DNA from: a virus
Taxonomy: Duplodnaviria; Caudoviricetes
Direction: 5' to 3' (one strand)
DNA length: 48,601 bases
Virus record (IMG/VR): IMGVR_UViG_3300020397_000375
Span: 1-48,601 of that record
Shown: in pieces, positions 17,031 through 24,904 of the stretch
Position numbering within the stretch: position 1 is the stretch's first letter
Layout: each line of letters starts with the position of its first letter
Notes under the pieces: model-generated
Databases searched by the model: none
Seen by the model: only the letters and a program-made list of their open reading frames with translations
Told to the model about the DNA's origin: nothing
Made by a program: the position numbers and the translations under genes

Positions 17031-17328
17031 CGCCGCAGGACTTGGACGCTCTATAAATCCCTCATGGCCTGAGTGGAAACACGAACAAGTAAAGCGAGAA
17101 GCTATTGAATGGCTTCTTGGTGGGGGAAGTGACTTCCGTGAAGTTTGTGATGCCGCAACCATACCAGAGGAAGCTGTTGTTATTTTTGCCAAACGCCTCG
17201 CCAAGGGGGATGTTGAAGCAAAAAAATCGTTAATAGAATGGCGAGATACATTTGCCAAGCAAGGAAGGAAACTGACTGATGACATGGAAGTCGAACAAGA
17301 ACCCGATGTTTCGGACGAAATTTTCTGA
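16963..17328 (+). CDS. hypothetical protein
   Basis: MWRAVVLQALLDA...A..WL...SDFREVC.AA pattern that I recognise from small phage proteins. Confidence 0.6.
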   Translation: MTGVSLESINRMWRAVVLQALLDAAGLGRSINPSWPEWKHEQVKREAIEWLLGGGSDFREVCDAATIPEEAVVIFAKRLAKGDVEAKKSLIEWRDTFAKQGRKLTDDMEVEQEPDVSDEIF

Positions 17329-18958
17329 GGATATCTTTAATACAAAGTACGCACATGAGAATGCAACCACATGGGCTGAACTTGCCCGTACCTTGGTAGA
17401 GGATGTGTGTCGTGACATGATGCCTCAAGATGAAAAAGACGAGTTGACTGACCACCTTACAAATCTTCGTTGGGTGGCTGGGGGTCGTTACCTTTATTAT
17501 GCTGGTCGTAAAAATAAATTTTTCAATAACTGTTTCTTATTACGGGCTGAAGAAGATACGCGAGAAGACTGGGCAAATCTGTCTTGGAAAGCAGAGTCAT
17601 GTCTCATGACTGGTGGTGGAATAGGTATTGACTACTCAATATACCGTCCCGCTGGTTCTGCGTTAGGTGGCACTGGTGGAACTGCCTCAGGTGCCGTCAC
17701 TAAAATGCGTATGATAAATGAGATTGGTCGGTCAGTGATGCAGGGTGGGTCACGCCGTTCTGCTATATATGCCTCTCTTAACTGGAAGCATGGTGACATC
17801 CAAGACTTTCTTAATGCAAAGAACTGGCAAGATATGCCTATCGGTAACTCTGGCTATACATTATTTGATGCAAAGCAAGATGATTTTAATTTTCCTGCAC
17901 CACTGGATATGACAAACATCAGTGTAAATTATGACACTGACTGGTTACTGAATTATTGGCGCACAGGTGAGGTTGGTGATGTGTTTATGAAGAACTGTCG
18001 TCAGGCTTTATCCACAGCAGAGCCGGGATTTTCTTTTAATTTCTTCGATAAAGAAAACGAAACACTACGCAACGCTTGCACAGAAGTAACTAGTGCGGAT
18101 GACTCAGACTTATGTAACCTAGCCAGCTTGAACTTCGCCAGAATAGATAACATTGACCAGTTAAATAGTATTGTGCATTTGGTTACCAAGTTCTTGATTT
18201 GCGGAACTATCGTGGCACAGCTTCCATATGAAAAGATTTACGAGACACGGGAGAAGAACCGCCGTCTCGGTCTTGGTCTGATGGGGTTGCATGAGTGGTT
18301 GATTGCCCGTAATGAAAAGTACGAGGTAACAGATGAACTGCATCGATGGCTTAAGGTCTATCAGGATGTTTCCAATGGTACATCAGACAAGTTTGCAGAT
18401 GAGTTAGGTATCTCTCGTCCCATCGCCAAACGTGCGGTAGCACCTACAGGAACTATTGGAATTATTGCTGGCACTACGACAGGTGTCGAGCCAATTTTTG
18501 CTGTCGCATACAAACGCCGTTATCTTAAAAACAATCGATGGCACTTTCAGTATGTGGTCGATGCCGCCGCGCAAGAGATGATTGATGTTTATGGTGCAGA
18601 CCCTGACAAGATTGAGTCTGCGATTGATTTGGCTGAAGACTACGAACGCCGGATGAAGTTTCAGTTTGATGTTCAGTCTTATGTTGACATGTCAATATCA
18701 TCTACAATCAATCTGCCTTCATGGGGTTCACCCTTAAACAATGAGGATACTGTTAAACAGTTTGCAGACACTCTTGCCAAGTATGCCCACGGTCTTCGAG
18801 GGTTTACATGCTACCCTGACGGTGCGCGAGGCGGTCAGCCTTTAACTTCTGTACCCTATAAGGAAGCTGTAGAAAAGCTGGGAACAGAATTTGAGGAAGC
18901 CTTAGAGACCCACGACATATGTGATATTACGCAACACGGCGGCAGTTGCGGCGTATAA
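17279..18958 (+). CDS. nrdJ: ribonucleotide reductase, class II (adenosylcobalamin-dependent)
   Basis: NNCF, GGG.G, RRSA, NACTE active-site loop, CNL.S, APTGT, C-terminal Cys pair; no beta-subunit gene in the window. Confidence 0.85.
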   Translation: MTWKSNKNPMFRTKFSEDIFNTKYAHENATTWAELARTLVEDVCRDMMPQDEKDELTDHLTNLRWVAGGRYLYYAGRKNKFFNNCFLLRAEEDTREDWANLSWKAESCLMTGGGIGIDYSIYRPAGSALGGTGGTASGAVTKMRMINEIGRSVMQGGSRRSAIYASLNWKHGDIQDFLNAKNWQDMPIGNSGYTLFDAKQDDFNFPAPLDMTNISVNYDTDWLLNYWRTGEVGDVFMKNCRQALSTAEPGFSFNFFDKENETLRNACTEVTSADDSDLCNLASLNFARIDNIDQLNSIVHLVTKFLICGTIVAQLPYEKIYETREKNRRLGLGLMGLHEWLIARNEKYEVTDELHRWLKVYQDVSNGTSDKFADELGISRPIAKRAVAPTGTIGIIAGTTTGVEPIFAVAYKRRYLKNNRWHFQYVVDAAAQEMIDVYGADPDKIESAIDLAEDYERRMKFQFDVQSYVDMSISSTINLPSWGSPLNNEDTVKQFADTLAKYAHGLRGFTCYPDGARGGQPLTSVPYKEAVEKLGTEFEEALETHDICDITQHGGSCGV

Positions 18959-18962
18959 AATC

Positions 18963-19003
18963 AAGGGTGGGTGCTTGACAGGCTCCCACCCTTCTTTTAT
19001 TGA
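18963..19003 (+). terminator. intrinsic terminator overlapping the promoter of the initiator gene
   Basis: Stem AAGGGTGGG/CCCACCCTT followed by CTTTT; the loop holds TTGACA(18975-80), with TATTGA 17 nt later and ATG 19010 6 nt after that. Confidence 0.6.
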
Positions 19004-19009
19004 TGGGCT

Positions 19010-19714
19010 ATGAAGTCGGGTGGATATTACAAAATGCATAGGGGTTGGATGGATAACCCCGTTCTTAAGGACAACGATGAACGTATCGTGTGGCTTTCTA
19101 TTATTGAGAGGGCCGCGTGGGCCGACACTGAAACCTACATTAACGGTCAGTTGTTGAAGGTAAGCAGAGGTTGTTTCTTTACCAGTCTCAGACACATATG
19201 CATCCATGTTCATTGGGATGTTAAGAAGGTTTCAAGGTTCCTTAAACGTCTTGAATCATGCCACATGATTGTCACAGAGGTGACATCAGGATTGACACAT
19301 GTAACCGTTTGTAATTATGAAGAATATCAATCTAACGGACACAGAAGTGACACACCTGACGCACAGAAGTTGACACATAAAGAAGAAATAAATAATAAAG
19401 AAAGAAATAATATAGCTGGCTGGGATGAGTTTTGGGCGGCGTACCCATCAGGTATGATGGAGAATGGTAAGCCAAGGCGTTGGCCCAAAGCTGGTAGGAG
19501 TTCCGCACATGGTGCATACGCGACTGCCATAAAGTCTGGTGCAACCATTGACCAGTTATTGACTGCCGCAAAAAACTATGGTGCTGAGAAGTCTGATGGT
19601 CAGTTTGTTTATAACCCAAAGAAGTTTTTATCTGAAGGGCATTGGGAAAATTGGCTTGAGGTAAAGGACACTTCTGATACGGCAGTCTTTAAAAAGGATT
19701 GGGATAGTTTTTAA
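19010..19714 (+). CDS. phage replication initiator (lambda O / replisome-organizer-like)
   Basis: GYYKMHR.W...W..II..A...L.RG.F.TS.R.....W....V.RFL..L winged-helix N-domain; WDEFW.AYP C-domain. Confidence 0.75.
   Translation: MKSGGYYKMHRGWMDNPVLKDNDERIVWLSIIERAAWADTETYINGQLLKVSRGCFFTSLRHICIHVHWDVKKVSRFLKRLESCHMIVTEVTSGLTHVTVCNYEEYQSNGHRSDTPDAQKLTHKEEINNKERNNIAGWDEFWAAYPSGMMENGKPRRWPKAGRSSAHGAYATAIKSGATIDQLLTAAKNYGAEKSDGQFVYNPKKFLSEGHWENWLEVKDTSDTAVFKKDWDSF
19273..19412 (+). repeat. putative replication origin: iteron-like repeats plus A-rich tract
   Basis: CACAGARGT(T)GACA at 19273, 19340 and 19362, an extra TTGACACA at 19292, then an A-rich run at ~19378-19412 inside the initiator gene. 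Confidence 0.55.
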
Positions 19715-20037
19715 TGTCAGTGGTTGATAGGTTTTTAGACCATCACAAAGCGTTTAGTACTGAGTTAGATGACTTACTACAAAGCGGAACCTTTAGTGGT
19801 TGGAAAAGATGTAGATGTCCAAAGTGTTCGGACAGCAGAAGAAAGAAGTCAGATAGGTGTCTGGGTGTTCGTCACCCAGAGGAAGGAGATATATATGTCA
19901 TCTGCCATAACTGTGGATGGCGGTCAGGATTCGATGACGCTAACAGAACAAGCAACAGATTATATAGCGGAGCGAGGTCTGGACGTAGAGACCGCAATAA
20001 ATCTAGGGGTCTACACCTCAAGTCAACATGGTACTGA
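19714..20037 (+). CDS. stand-alone primase zinc-binding domain
   Basis: CPKCSDSRRKKSDRCL....CHNCGW matches the T7 gp4/Twinkle ZBD pattern; different frame from the primase-helicase. Confidence 0.7.
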   Translation: MSVVDRFLDHHKAFSTELDDLLQSGTFSGWKRCRCPKCSDSRRKKSDRCLGVRHPEEGDIYVICHNCGWRSGFDDANRTSNRLYSGARSGRRDRNKSRGLHLKSTWY

Positions 20038-21391
20038 AGTTATTGCCTTACCCTATCTAAGGGACGGCAAGACAGTTAATCACAAGTATAAAAACTATTT
20101 AGGTGCCAGCAACTTTCCGTCTTGGTCACAGGACAAGGGTGGAGAAAAGGTTGTTTGGAACAGGGATGTCCTGCTGGATGATAGTATCCAACATTTACCA
20201 GTCATTATAACAGAGGGTGAATGGGACTGTATCGCCGCAGTTCAGTGTGGGTTTGTTCGTTCAATATCTGTACCAGATGGTGCGCCATCAAAAAATATAG
20301 AGCCTGAACGTGACAGTGTTTCCCATAAATATTCATACATAAGAGACATTATGGAGTTACTTGAAGACTGCAAAGAAATTATTCTTTGCACTGATGGTGA
20401 CACAAATGGTCAGGTTCTGAGGGATGACTTAGCTATCAGGCTTGGCAAGACAAGATGCAAGTTTGTTTCGTACCCAAAAAATTGTAAAGACCTGAACGAT
20501 GCCCTCAAGTTATATGGGGAGAAGGGGGTTACAGAAACTATAGCAAGGGCTAAATGGTTTCCAGTTGACGGTGTTTACAGATTTGATGAACTGCCAGAGA
20601 TAGACGAGAGACCAGTATATAATCTTGGGATGGGGTCTCTTGACTATCATTTTAAGTTAAGGCGTGGTGATTTTACAGTTGTTACAGGTGTCCCTTCTTC
20701 AGGTAAATCAACCTTCCTCAATCATATGATGTGTAAGTTGGTAAAGAGCCACGACATGCGTGTTTGCTTTGCTTCTTTTGAACAAGCACCGCAGACAGAC
20801 CACCTTAGGGCTTTGCGTAAGTGGTGGTTTTGGGAATACAAAAATAAAATTGCACCAACCCATACAAATTATGTCAGTGATGCTGACCTAAAAGAGTTTA
20901 ATCTGTGGTTGGATAGGCATTTTAGAGTTATATATCCAAGCTGGGAAGATAGTGTGGATATAAATTGGCTTCTCGAAAAGATGTCAGCGTCTGTTGTACA
21001 GCAAGACTGCGATGTAATTATTATAGACCCCTTCAATGAAATGGAACACAACACTGAGGGGGAGAGTATGACAATTTACATTGGCTGGTTTATAAAAAAC
21101 CTCAAAAGGTTTGCATCAAAGCACAATGTTCATATCATAGTGGTTGCACACCCTAGAAAAATTAACAAAGATAAGGACGGTAATGTGGAGATACCAACTT
21201 TGTATGACATAGAACAATCTGCAATGTGGTATAATAAAGCAGACCTTGGTCTTATTATTCACAGGAACAATAGTATCACTGCCGCACGGATAGCTAAGTC
21301 AAGATACGAGGATGTCATTGGTAAGCGCGGTCAGGTTTTATACACATATGATGAAGAAACGGCACACTTCCATGAGTACGAAGAAGTCTAA
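19934..21391 (+). CDS. TOPRIM primase-SF4 helicase (T7 gp4/Twinkle-like), lacking the ZBD
   Basis: ITEGEWD, TDGD, KDLND, Walker A GVPSSGKST, Walker B IIIDP, VAHP; ATG 19934 has AGGA upstream (frame open from 19769). Confidence 0.85.
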   Translation: MTLTEQATDYIAERGLDVETAINLGVYTSSQHGTEVIALPYLRDGKTVNHKYKNYLGASNFPSWSQDKGGEKVVWNRDVLLDDSIQHLPVIITEGEWDCIAAVQCGFVRSISVPDGAPSKNIEPERDSVSHKYSYIRDIMELLEDCKEIILCTDGDTNGQVLRDDLAIRLGKTRCKFVSYPKNCKDLNDALKLYGEKGVTETIARAKWFPVDGVYRFDELPEIDERPVYNLGMGSLDYHFKLRRGDFTVVTGVPSSGKSTFLNHMMCKLVKSHDMRVCFASFEQAPQTDHLRALRKWWFWEYKNKIAPTHTNYVSDADLKEFNLWLDRHFRVIYPSWEDSVDINWLLEKMSASVVQQDCDVIIIDPFNEMEHNTEGESMTIYIGWFIKNLKRFASKHNVHIIVVAHPRKINKDKDGNVEIPTLYDIEQSAMWYNKADLGLIIHRNNSITAARIAKSRYEDVIGKRGQVLYTYDEETAHFHEYEEV

Positions 21392-21866
21392 AGACAAGTT
21401 TGTTAACACACCTTCTGGTGTTATGCGTGTTGAATGGGCAGATAAAACGAAATCCCGCATGAGAAGGGTTGACCAAAGAACCATTGACCGATACATGTTG
21501 GATGGAAAGGTAACTATCGCCCAGCACGGCGCGGCAAACTGGTATTACAACCTTGCTTTAATGGCACAAGCATCCCCTCATGTTGTAAGTCAAATAGGAA
21601 AAATGAGAGTTGGAACAAGTAAGCCTGTCATATCTAATAAACAAGCAGAAGCGCGGTTGGTTTTGGGGAAGGTAGAAGACTTTATTAAATCAAAGACATC
21701 ACCTGATTATCTATCTGTCATGCGTAATGTTGTGGTGTACGATGAAAGTATGAGAGAACAACAAAAGAAATATGGTGGCGGTGTCCGAAGACACGGTCTG
21801 GTTATGTTAAGAGATGCATTAAATGAATTAGAAAAAGTGATGGGCAAGTACGCCAGATATATTTAA
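21372..21866 (+). CDS. putative late-transcription regulator (DUF6456/Q-like)
   Basis: IDRY...G.VT.AQH.AA...L and ..L.MLRDAL.EL pattern; sits at the end of the replication operon. Confidence 0.45.
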   Translation: MSTKKSKDKFVNTPSGVMRVEWADKTKSRMRRVDQRTIDRYMLDGKVTIAQHGAANWYYNLALMAQASPHVVSQIGKMRVGTSKPVISNKQAEARLVLGKVEDFIKSKTSPDYLSVMRNVVVYDESMREQQKKYGGGVRRHGLVMLRDALNELEKVMGKYARYI

Positions 21867-21889
21867 CGTACTCGCTTTGTTCTTTGGGC

Positions 21890-21918
21890 TTGATGTGGGG
21901 CGTTGCACACAGTATATT
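21890..21918 (+). promoter_or_regulatory. sigma70-type promoter for a small RNA
   Basis: TTGATG(21890-95)-17 nt-TATATT(21913-18). Confidence 0.55.
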
Positions 21919-21921
21919 ATT

Positions 21922-22003
21922 GGTATGGGTTTTGCATTACCCATACTACCTACTGACGGATTAGGGCGGTTTTAGGAATTAACTGAGCCGCCCTTTTCTT
22001 TTT
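21922..22003 (+). ncRNA. candidate trans-acting bipartite antisense sRNA (~80 nt)
   Basis: Hairpin ATGGGT-tttgcatt-ACCCAT, linker ACTACCTACTGACGGA, then terminator; both unpaired segments are complementary to early-gene start regions. Confidence 0.7.
21963..22003 (+). terminator. intrinsic terminator
   Basis: AGGGCGGTT...AGCCGCCCT stem followed by TTTCTTTTT. Confidence 0.8.
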
Positions 22004-22007
22004 GTTT

Positions 22008-22187
22008 TTAGTCTGTTGAAATATTGCCAAATACAGGCATCCAGTTAGGTCCGTCATCTGGTTGCGCTTCAAACCATTCAAAGCGTTCAATCTCTTTTTT
22101 AGTGGCTGTCCTCATTTCCACGCTTCCATCCGCAAGTTCAATAACTGCTTCATAATGACCATCTTGAAATTTTATCAAGTCTAACAT
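22008..22187 (-). CDS. small acidic hypothetical protein (59 aa)
   Basis: Read manually: MLDLIKFQDGHYEAVIELADG...; AAGGAG RBS. Confidence 0.6.
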   Translation of the reverse strand: MLDLIKFQDGHYEAVIELADGSVEMRTATKKEIERFEWFEAQPDDGPNWMPVFGNISTD

Positions 22188-22200
22188 TTTTTACTCCTTA

Positions 22201-22434
22201 CTATTTTTCTTTTTGTTGAAGTGGTTTCCAGTGGGTGACATCACCAGTTAACCAGCCACCACTATCACCAGTAAAGATGTGCATATCTCTCCACTCTTTA
22301 CCATCTTCATCCACATAGTAACCTTGAAAGATGCCAGTGTCCTCGATAATGAAGTCAGGTTTTGGGGCAAAGAAAAACTCTACCCTCTGACCAACCTCAG
22401 GCATCTCATCATTAACACTCTTCCAATCCGTCAT
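22201..22434 (-). CDS. DUF551-like protein
   Basis: W.SV.DEMP...VTHWKPL signature. Confidence 0.7.
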   Translation of the reverse strand: MTDWKSVNDEMPEVGQRVEFFFAPKPDFIIEDTGIFQGYYVDEDGKEWRDMHIFTGDSGGWLTGDVTHWKPLQQKEK

Positions 22435-22441
22435 CTTTGCC

Positions 22442-22579
22442 TCACCTTTTTATAAGTTCAATTATAACTGTATAAAACATATAGCCAAACGCTGACCATA
22501 TAACGATGAACCCAACAATACTTGGGTCACAATATCCGTGGTCATCCTTAAGACCCAGCCTTCTTAATAGTTTATCCAT
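22442..22579 (-). CDS. small membrane protein (45 aa)
   Basis: Read manually: MDKLLRRLGLKDDHGYCDPSIVGFIVIWSAFGYMFYTVIIELIKR. Confidence 0.5.
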   Translation of the reverse strand: MDKLLRRLGLKDDHGYCDPSIVGFIVIWSAFGYMFYTVIIELIKR

Positions 22580-22860
22580 CACTCATGTTCCCCACCTGAA
22601 CCACGACCTAGCCCACCAAAATACTGTGGCCTACGCTTGGCTGTCTCAAAAACTCCTGCTGTGATGAAAACACCAGCTATAAGCACTGCGTGTATGACCG
22701 CACTAATTCCAAATGCAAGTACGCTTCCGATGTACATGCTAAAAATAATACACCACATCCAAGCCAACACCTGCATAATCATGTGTCTTGTATTTATGTC
22801 TGGAATGTTCCGCAATGGATTGTGCTTACTATCCATGACCAGTTTATATAAGTTATTCAT
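22579..22860 (-). CDS. two-TM membrane protein
   Basis: MDS..NPL..IPD..TRH..MQVLAWMWC followed by a hydrophobic hairpin; GGGAG RBS. Confidence 0.65.
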   Translation of the reverse strand: MNNLYKLVMDSKHNPLRNIPDINTRHMIMQVLAWMWCIIFSMYIGSVLAFGISAVIHAVLIAGVFITAGVFETAKRRPQYFGGLGRGSGGEHE

Positions 22861-23032
22861 CTTTCGTCTCCCAAACATTTTCTAAAGTCCAATCGTGGCC
22901 CTCATCAACTTGAACCCACTCATCTATGTCGTCTGTTTCATCCGCTATCTTCCAAGCTGTATCCTCATCAGGCGCATCGACTATTAGTTCATAGCCCACA
23001 TCCATTGTGGCGGTTACCTTAAACTTTGGCAT
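22853..23032 (-). CDS. small acidic protein (DpnD/PcfM-like), 59 aa
   Basis: Read manually: MPKFKVTATMDVGYELIVDAPDEDTAWKIADE...; AAGGAG RBS; resembles 29906-30094. Confidence 0.6.
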   Translation of the reverse strand: MPKFKVTATMDVGYELIVDAPDEDTAWKIADETDDIDEWVQVDEGHDWTLENVWETKDE

Positions 23033-23063
23033 CTGTTTTCTCCTTCATTTTAACTTTGCGTCT

Positions 23064-23276
23064 TTAAGACAGACCCTCTGGAATATATCCACAGTTATGG
23101 TTGAACATTGCTGTATTTAGAACAACTTCCTTTCTGCAATATGTTACATTCTCATACTCTGGATAGAAGTGATATGTACCATTTTCATCTAACCAAAGAA
23201 GGTGAGGGCGTATGTAGGGGTAGTTTTGCCAGTTGATTTCACCCCTACGCTTTATGCATTGTTTGCAAACACTCAT
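23064..23276 (-). CDS. hypothetical protein
   Basis: ATGA-coupled to the upstream ORF. Confidence 0.5.
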   Translation of the reverse strand: MSVCKQCIKRRGEINWQNYPYIRPHLLWLDENGTYHFYPEYENVTYCRKEVVLNTAMFNHNCGYIPEGLS

Positions 23277-23473
23277 CCGTATTTCTCCACATAAGCCATC
23301 TTGAAGGCTTGATATGCAAGCATTTGATATGCATAAAAATGCAAAGTTTCCCAGTCTGCTATTGGGTCAATGCCTTCATCAAACGTCTTTTCCATATCAC
23401 TGTCCAGCATCACCATGATGGCGTTTGCCTCTTGCGATGTTAGTTTCAAAGAGAGTCTATCATCCTTACTCAT
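23273..23473 (-). CDS. hypothetical protein
   Basis: Strong RBS GTCAGTAGGAG. Confidence 0.65.
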   Translation of the reverse strand: MSKDDRLSLKLTSQEANAIMVMLDSDMEKTFDEGIDPIADWETLHFYAYQMLAYQAFKMAYVEKYG

Positions 23474-23501
23474 TTTATTCTCCTACTGACAAGTTAATAA
23501 T

Positions 23502-23531
23502 AAAAAAAGGGGGCGACATTCACGCGCCCCG
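23502..23531 (-). terminator. intrinsic terminator
   Basis: (-) GGGGCG...CGCCCC stem followed by a T run. Confidence 0.6.
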
Positions 23532-23642
23532 CTCTTCAAGTTGTTTTTGTAGTGCGTGATATGCACAATAATGATAGTCATTTATTGTTGCATCAGATTT
23601 TTTATGACAACCTATATGTGTACATTGTGGTCTTGTGTCCAC
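23520..23642 (-). CDS. small Cys/His (zinc-finger-like) protein
   Basis: GTG start with GAGG RBS; C..IGC...YCAYH. Confidence 0.45.
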   Translation of the reverse strand: MDTRPQCTHIGCHKKSDATINDYHYCAYHALQKQLEERGA

Positions 23643-23901
23643 GAATTTTCCTCTTGTAGTCCCTCTGATATGTTCGCACCTTCTCGCGGTTTTTAATGCG
23701 ATAGGTTGTCTGGTAGCTTCTACTCTTGAGGTTACGCCTATGCTGACTTCGCCATTCTCCGAAATGGTAGGCCAGCTTAAGCATGTCTTCAACAAGTTCA
23801 TGATTAGCACCTTCTCCTATATTTTTTATATCAAATTTACCATGCTTCTTGCGAAATTTATCTCGCGCCAAAACATACCTTAATTGTATTTTGCTTTTCA
23901 T
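23602..23901 (-). CDS. basic hypothetical protein
   Basis: ATGA overlap with the Sir2 stop. Confidence 0.5.
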   Translation of the reverse strand: MKSKIQLRYVLARDKFRKKHGKFDIKNIGEGANHELVEDMLKLAYHFGEWRSQHRRNLKSRSYQTTYRIKNREKVRTYQRDYKRKIRGHKTTMYTYRLS

Positions 23902-24572
23902 CCTTTTGCACCCATAACTAATGTTGATAAATCTGCTAGACCTTCTGTTGCAGATTTCTTAATGACGACATCAAAGTTTTTGTTGCCTGTTGGATTAGGG
24001 TTTATCTCAACTGTAACAGCACCATCATCTTTTGCGGCCTTCACAATCGCACCCTCACCAAGGGAACATGACGAGCCAACACAAACAAATAGGTCTGTTT
24101 TATAAACAGCATCCCACATGTCTTTCTGTCTCTTCACTGTGTCACCAAACAAAACAACGTCTGGCATTTTCCAACTAAACAACTGACCCTCTACCTCATA
24201 CTCGTATTCACGACCATCAACCAAGATATCACCGTGTATTTTGATGGGGTCACTGGAACCAGCTAGGTCATGTAAGTTATCCACATTGGTTGTGATAAGA
24301 TTAAACTTACCACCTATGGAAGTTTGAACGTACTCCCAACGGGCAATCAACTCATGTGCTTTGTTGGGCTTGAACTTGTTTCCAACAAACTCACCCTTCA
24401 CTGTATCCCAGAAGTGCATAAACTCTTCACGGCTAAGTTCAAAGCCATCACTGTGTGACACGATGTCTGGGTTATGATTATTCCACAACCCATTTGGTTC
24501 GCGGAATGTTGGAAGCCCACTGTCGGCTGATACACCAGCCCCAGTGAAGACGGTTATATTTTTATATCTCAT
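23898..24572 (-). CDS. Sir2/CobB-family NAD-dependent deacylase
   Basis: TGAGVSADSGLPTFR, TTNVDNLH, IHG, PDVVLFG, VGSS and EINP motifs. Confidence 0.9.
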   Translation of the reverse strand: MRYKNITVFTGAGVSADSGLPTFREPNGLWNNHNPDIVSHSDGFELSREEFMHFWDTVKGEFVGNKFKPNKAHELIARWEYVQTSIGGKFNLITTNVDNLHDLAGSSDPIKIHGDILVDGREYEYEVEGQLFSWKMPDVVLFGDTVKRQKDMWDAVYKTDLFVCVGSSCSLGEGAIVKAAKDDGAVTVEINPNPTGNKNFDVVIKKSATEGLADLSTLVMGAKG

Positions 24573-24682
24573 ATTCTGTAACCTTCTCTTTATTTTTTCG
24601 GTGCTTTTCTTTTCTTTCATAACTGCCCTTTCCTTTTTGTTTTTTGACAATTCTTTTTCTGAACAACGGACTAACTAAAAGT

Positions 24683-24904
24683 TTAGCTATGGGGTTTTGC
24701 TTTCGCTTCACGGATACCTCTCCTTAAATCAGAACGCATCTGAACAAACGTCCTTTTGCATGACGGGGTGAATGAAGTTGTCACACTAAATACCACTGAC
24801 CCGTCAGTAACAGTTAGACTGAGGTGTTTACCTTGCTTGATGTTGATAATATCAAGCCCCTCATTTTTGATGATACGTTTTACCTCTTTGATACGTTTCT
24901 TCAT
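24683..24904 (-). CDS. HicA-like small basic protein
   Basis: GKHL.L......VT.S.TPS..R.....RSDLRR pattern. Confidence 0.45.
   Translation of the reverse strand: MKKRIKEVKRIIKNEGLDIINIKQGKHLSLTVTDGSVVFSVTTSFTPSCKRTFVQMRSDLRRGIREAKAKPHS

Noticed and set aside
21829-21945. Minus-strand 38-aa ORF (MGNAKPIP...) behind GTCAGTAGGT as the explanation for the motif copy at 21.95 kb
   Set aside because: It runs antisense into the 21372 gene, and the flanking promoter, terminator polarity and G-U pairs all favour a + strand RNA. Not fully excluded.
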